Shown here: one piece after another, positions 35,657 through 40,542 of the stretch
Layout: the number at the start of each line of letters is the position of its first letter
Position numbering within the stretch: the first letter of the stretch is position 1
From: Macrostomum lignano
Lineage: Eukaryota
Assembly: GCA_002269645.1 (NCBI GenBank)
Contig: NIVC01004612.1
Span: 1 to 40,542, forward strand
Reading direction: 5' to 3'
DNA: 40,542 nt
Translations under genes and position numbers: made by a program
The notes under the pieces: model-generated
Told to the model about the DNA's origin: nothing
Seen by the model: the letters and a program-made list of their open reading frames with translations, nothing else
The model's database searches: none

Positions 35657-37680
35657 ATGCCACTGTCACACGAAGATTGCCTCAATCGGATCTGCATTTT
35701 GTGCTTTTCGAAGGCAAAAGAGTTGCGATCCGTTACGCCCTGGATGCTGGCCATCATCAATCGGCACAGTGGCTGGCTCTACGATCCGCACGATAATCGC
35801 GTTCCCAAGGCAATTTGTGGCACGTGCAGATTCGCTCTGCAGCAGCTGGAGAAGGGCCAACGGGCTGATGTGCCACCGATGTATGACTTCAGGGACGTGC
35901 AGCCACTGCCGGTGACCCGATCAGTGGGCCAAGATGGATGTGACTGTAAGATCTGCAGCACTGCCGGATGCAGAGTCCATCCTCCAGAAGCCAACGTCCC
36001 AAAGCGGTCTGTTGGGCGGCCGAGTTTGACGGCGGACGAGGCTACAACGCCCAAGCCCGAAATGGTCAAGGTCTGCTCCTTCTGCATCAGTCCTATTGGC
36101 AGGGGCAAGCCACACACATGCAACAGACCCACAAGACTGCAGAATGCGCATGCCCTGTTGCAGGAAGCGTCCCCGGAATTCCCAGAGCGGCTCGCCACAA
36201 CAATTGTGCGGCAGAAACTTATTACTTCAGGCTCCGGAGACACAGCCTCGGCATCACCGTGCTGGCATCCAACGCTGGACCCTCAATGAGGCTGGCCATG
36301 AATCCGCCGCCTCCGAAGCCAACAGCGGTCTTCACGGCGGATAATATGCGTCATCTGCAAGGTGAGCTGGGCCTCAGTTCGCGCAAAACGGAGGTTGTAC
36401 TTCGAAATCTTCGGTCTTCGATTGGCGCCTCAGCTGTCCAGAGCAACATCCGGCAGACATTGAGGGAGATGGATCACGAACTGGATGACCTCTTCCAAGC
36501 GAAGCAGCTGGCGTTTATCCGAGAAGAGAGGGGAAGGCAGACTCCAGCTGAGCAGTGGGCCGTTGTCTGCACTGATGTGGTCGAGCTCCTGGGCCGCATG
36601 ATTGCAAACCGCCGGCTGATGGATGTTGCTTCCACAGTCGTCAGAATTGGAATCGATGGTGGAGGTGGGTTCTTGAAGCTCTCGATATCCGTTTTTGACC
36701 TGTGCGTGTGTGCTGGTGAGGAGCAGCAGAAGGGGGCTGATCGCCGATTCCTCGACTCTGGCGTGCATCGGGCCGTCATCCTTGGCATCGCTCCCAACAC
36801 GCAGGAGAACCACAGGAACCTGGAGTGTCTCTGGGAGAGCTGCCGCCTGCAGCTTCTGTCGGCGAACATCAGCATCGCGTGCGACCTAAAACTTGCCAAC
36901 ATCCTGCTCGGCTTGATGGCCCACAGCAGCTCGCATCCCTGCACCTGGTGCAACGTCAATAAAGGGAGCCTTGACAGCTGCGGCGAGCCAAGGACCTTTG
37001 GCAGCCTCAGTGAGAAATACCAGGCCTACCTGGCTGCTGGTGGTGAACGCCAACTAGCTAAGCACTTCGATAACGTCGTCCAGCCCAGCATCTTTTCCGC
37101 TGGAGTTGAAGTCCCGGTGTTGCACATTGTCCCTCCGCCGGAGCTGCACCTGCTGACCGGTGCGGTCCATGTGCTGTACGAGGGTCTGCATGGTGTGTGG
37201 CCCGAGAGCGAAGCTTGGCTTACAGCTTGCAATGTCCAACGTGACAAGCATCACGGTGGCAGCTTCACTGGCAATGCGAGCCGCAAGTTGCTGCGCAACG
37301 TGGACCTGCTAGAAGCGATGTGCCTGATGGCAGCGCTGCCATTTGTTGCCGCCCTTCGAGCATTGAACTCGGTCGTGGTGTCATGCTTCGGGAGTGAGCT
37401 GCGTTCCAATTTCGAGCAGGCGATTCAGGAATTTCGCACCAGTTATGCCGATCTCGGCATTTCCATCAGTCCAAAAATCCACGCGATTTTCCACCACGTC
37501 GGTGACTTCTGCCGCGCCAAGGACAAAACAGGCCTGGGGCCATGGAGCGAACAATGCACGGAGTCGATGCACAGAGACTTCCTCCTGCATTGGGAGAGAT
37601 ACAAGGTGGCGAGCACGCATCCTCTCTTCGCTGAAAGGCTCCTGGCAGCTGTGCAGTGTTACAACAGTCGCCATTTGTGA
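35657..37680 (+). CDS. Chapaev transposase, ~674 aa with a single 1-bp frameshift near 36250
   Basis: Chapa domain H-x7-C-x2-C (HEDCLNRICILC), P-x3-C-x2-C (PKAICGTC), CDCKIC; core GIDGGG, ACDLKLAN..HSSSHPCTWC, PELH, KIHAIFHH, WSEQCTESMH. One extra G at 36250-51 fuses ORFs 35639 and 35968. Confidence 0.9.
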
Positions 37681-39374
37681 GCGTTTTATGGAAAGTGCGA
37701 ATCCGGAACTGCAACAGTTGAACTGCAACGCAAGTATTGGACAGTTATGAAGTCAGAAAATTTAGTAGCACAATTTTTCAACCCACTCAGTTATTGTAGT
37801 CAAAGCCTCCAGGAAAATCAACCCACTAAATGTCCCCTTTGAAGTCTATATATTAAATTGCAATTGTAACGATTCTAATTTGAATTGTAAGGTAATACAA
37901 AACTTTGTACGATAGGGGTGCTTTCACAAACCCGAAATTTCATAGCATCAAGAACATATTCACATGGTTTGGGGTTAGATATTAAGGTGAAAGAATATAA
38001 AAAATAATTTTTATGTTGTAAAATTTGGGGTTTGTGAAACGCCATAGCACCATGCTGCTTTGAGTTGTTTTGCTTCATGTAAGACAGTGTGCTAAGCTTC
38101 GAGTAAATTTAAAATGTGCATACAATACAATATTCATGGACTTGCTGAAAAAATTTGTGAATTTGTTTCGATTTAAAGTGTTATAACTTTTCTTTAATAC
38201 GCTTTTGACAACAATTTGAAAGAATTCAATTACAATGCAGTAAATTTCCAATATAATCTATGGTAAAAACAGAAAATTGTTTTTTTGAGCTAAAATGAAC
38301 GAGTACAATTTTAATTTTTTCTTCCATGGAATCCTTAATAACTCGATTGTCGATTGTGACAAATAACTTTTCCGGTGAATTTTTAAAGCAATTTTCCGCC
38401 TATGGTAGCACCGTGTTCATTATGATCTAAAATTTCTTTGATCTACATAGTTTGGCATACAATTGAATGTCTGACCCACTAGCTAGATCAATGTAAAGAT
38501 TATCTATGTCCTGTGTATAGATAAGCTACATTAATATAAAGCTAAATATATTGGTTAAGACAGACTACAACCATATTATGCTTTAATATTAATTTTCTTT
38601 GAATTGTATAAATAACCTATGAAAGTCAAATTTCAAATAATGAGTATTTGTGATGGACAAAACAACTTATTATTGATGCTCTTATCAATAATAGTTTTCT
38701 AATATCAATATGCATACAAGATATGCTAATTTATTGAATTAATTAGGAAGAAAATATATTTTATTAAAATATGATTAGCACATAGTTTGGTTTCCCGTTT
38801 ATTATGATTCAAGGCAAGACCAGATTTGGTCACAATGTCGCATATCACACCAATATAAATATAAGGATAACTATATGCAAAGGTCTGTCATTTTATATAT
38901 TGAATTTCAATTCTTTTCTTCTTTTAATAAAAAATAAAGGCTAAATGTAGCTAGGTCAAAGACAAAGTATGATAGAGAACAGCAAAATAATCAATTAGCA
39001 TGTTGGAACCAAGCCATATTGTATATTTATTGGCCAATTGCAATATAGAATTGGAATTAAATGACTAGATGATTAAATTGGATAGACTTCAACAAGGCAA
39101 AAATTAAGAATATACATATTTAGTTCAATAAGTCATTTCAATTTCAATAAGTCATTTGAATAGATTTTTAATTTGAGTTTTGGAACTCAGGGCATACAGG
39201 CAAAAAAAATAGAAAAATTCACATAAGTGACACTATATGAATGTATCTATTATTATTTATTTATTTATTTATTTATTACATAGTGTAAACATAGATAAGC
39301 CTAGTATTCTATGGCCTAGGCATATCTTATATGCCTATAATGGCTAAATAGGTATAATTGGCAACAATAATTGG

Positions 39375-40165
39375 CCGCGTCATTCAGTCCTTCTATAATG
39401 CAGTTCTGGCTAAGGTCATTCAATGACCTGGCCGGCCTGATGCAAATGTAGATGTCGACGCAGGCATCCACGCCGTCCTCATAACGATAGCAGCATATTC
39501 CATAATCTATATTCCATATTCCGCGTCATTGAGTCCTTCTATTATGCAGTTCTGGCTAAGGTCATTCAATGTCGGCGCAGGTATCCACGCCGTCCTCATA
39601 GCAGTAGCGGCATGCATAATACTCCTCCAGATTGGCTCGCCGTTCGAGGATTGGATGCTGGCCATAATGCCTGTCCGGCCTGATGCAAATGTAGATGTCG
39701 ACGCAGGCATCCACGCCATCCTCATAACGATAGCAGAATATTCCATTATACTATATATTTTATATTCCAGAATCCATATTCCATAGTACTTCCGATCGGT
39801 TAGCGTTCAGGTGGCTGTCCACTTCCTGTTCCATGAGCTGCGCACCACCAAGTAGCCTTGCGTTGTATTCATAATTGACGCCCCAATTAGTCGCTTGTGC
39901 GCCCGCTATGCTACCTGATTTACATACATCCGTTCCCAAGCTGGTAATTGCCGGTCTTGATTGTTAAGACTGTTTGCGATAAATATGAAGAATATAATAG
40001 ATAAATGATAAATATAATAGCATTTTCTCAAGGTTTGTAGCACTCCACCAGATTGGCTCGCCGTTCAAGGATCGGATGCTGGCCATAATGCCTGGCCGGC
40101 CTGATGCAAATGTAGATGTTGGCGCAGGCATCCACGCCGTCCTCGTAATGGTAGCGGCATAGCAG
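39375..40165. repeat. Patchy tandem and dispersed repeats (ggccggcctgatgcaaatgtagatgtcgacgcaggcatccacgcc family)
   Basis: Copies at ~39375-39500, 39521-39750 and 40049-40165. Confidence 0.85.
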
Positions 40166-40189
40166 CTATAGTATAGCACAACAATTTCC

Positions 40190-40350
40190 ATTTGGGGTGG
40201 CCGGCGCTGGTTGCATTTATGCATTTTATTTGGTGTGGCCAGCGCTGGTTAAATTTACGCATTATGTTGGGGGTGGCCAGCGCTGGCTGCATTTATGCAT
40301 TCTATTTGGGGTGGCCAGCGCTGGCTACATTTATTCATAATGTTGGGGCG
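40190..40350. repeat. ~40-bp tandem repeat (ggggtggccagcgctggctgcatttatgc...)
   Basis: About 4 diverged units by direct reading. Confidence 0.8.
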
Positions 40351-40542
40351 CCCGACTGTAGCGAGCAAGCCGAATGACTGTCAGCTTGGATCCAATGAGT
40401 ATAATATTATATACATTGGTTTCGGCAATAGAGATCTGTATATATTTGTGATATCCTTGTTAATTCCATGTTAATTAGGGTAGGGAACAAATCAATATAG
40501 TTGTTATAGCCAATGAAACTATGGCTGGTCCATAATCAGCTC

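Larger units (their letters stand above)
34807..38415 (+). mobile_element. Chapaev (CMC superfamily) DNA transposon, 3609 bp
   Basis: ~160-bp imperfect TIRs (34807-34966/38257-38415) starting CACGGTGCTACCATAG; 4-bp TSD TTCA at 34803-06 and 38416-19. Confidence 0.95.

Overview
Eukaryotic (animal-type) nuclear DNA: spliceosomal GT-AG introns, microsatellites, no prokaryotic operons, rRNA, tRNA or CRISPR. The species cannot be determined from the sequence. The window is a dense cluster of DNA transposons and decayed gene pieces. From left to right: (1) a spliced, truncated Polinton/Maverick-type protein-primed DNA polymerase B pseudogene (~1.2-3.9 kb); (2) a mosaic of duplicated Pro-rich exons, microsatellite modules, an HMG-like/GTF2I-repeat-like exon, a KDM3/JMJD1 JmjC fragment and an OTU fragment (4-19 kb); (3) an internally deleted Merlin element (19926-20579); (4) a complete-ended EnSpm/CACTA element (21115-27064) with a nested 352-bp MITE; (5) a 1.65-kb higher-order satellite (27437-29100); (6) a nearly intact three-exon gene for a ~1219-aa zinc-finger plus atypical tyrosine recombinase (Crypton-like) protein (29550-33579); (7) a nearly intact Chapaev transposon (34807-38415) with a nested Tourist-like MITE. 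All recognisable coding remnants lie on the + strand. The most unusual item is the intron-containing tyrosine-recombinase gene next to the satellite. Family assignments come from motif recognition by eye, without database searches.
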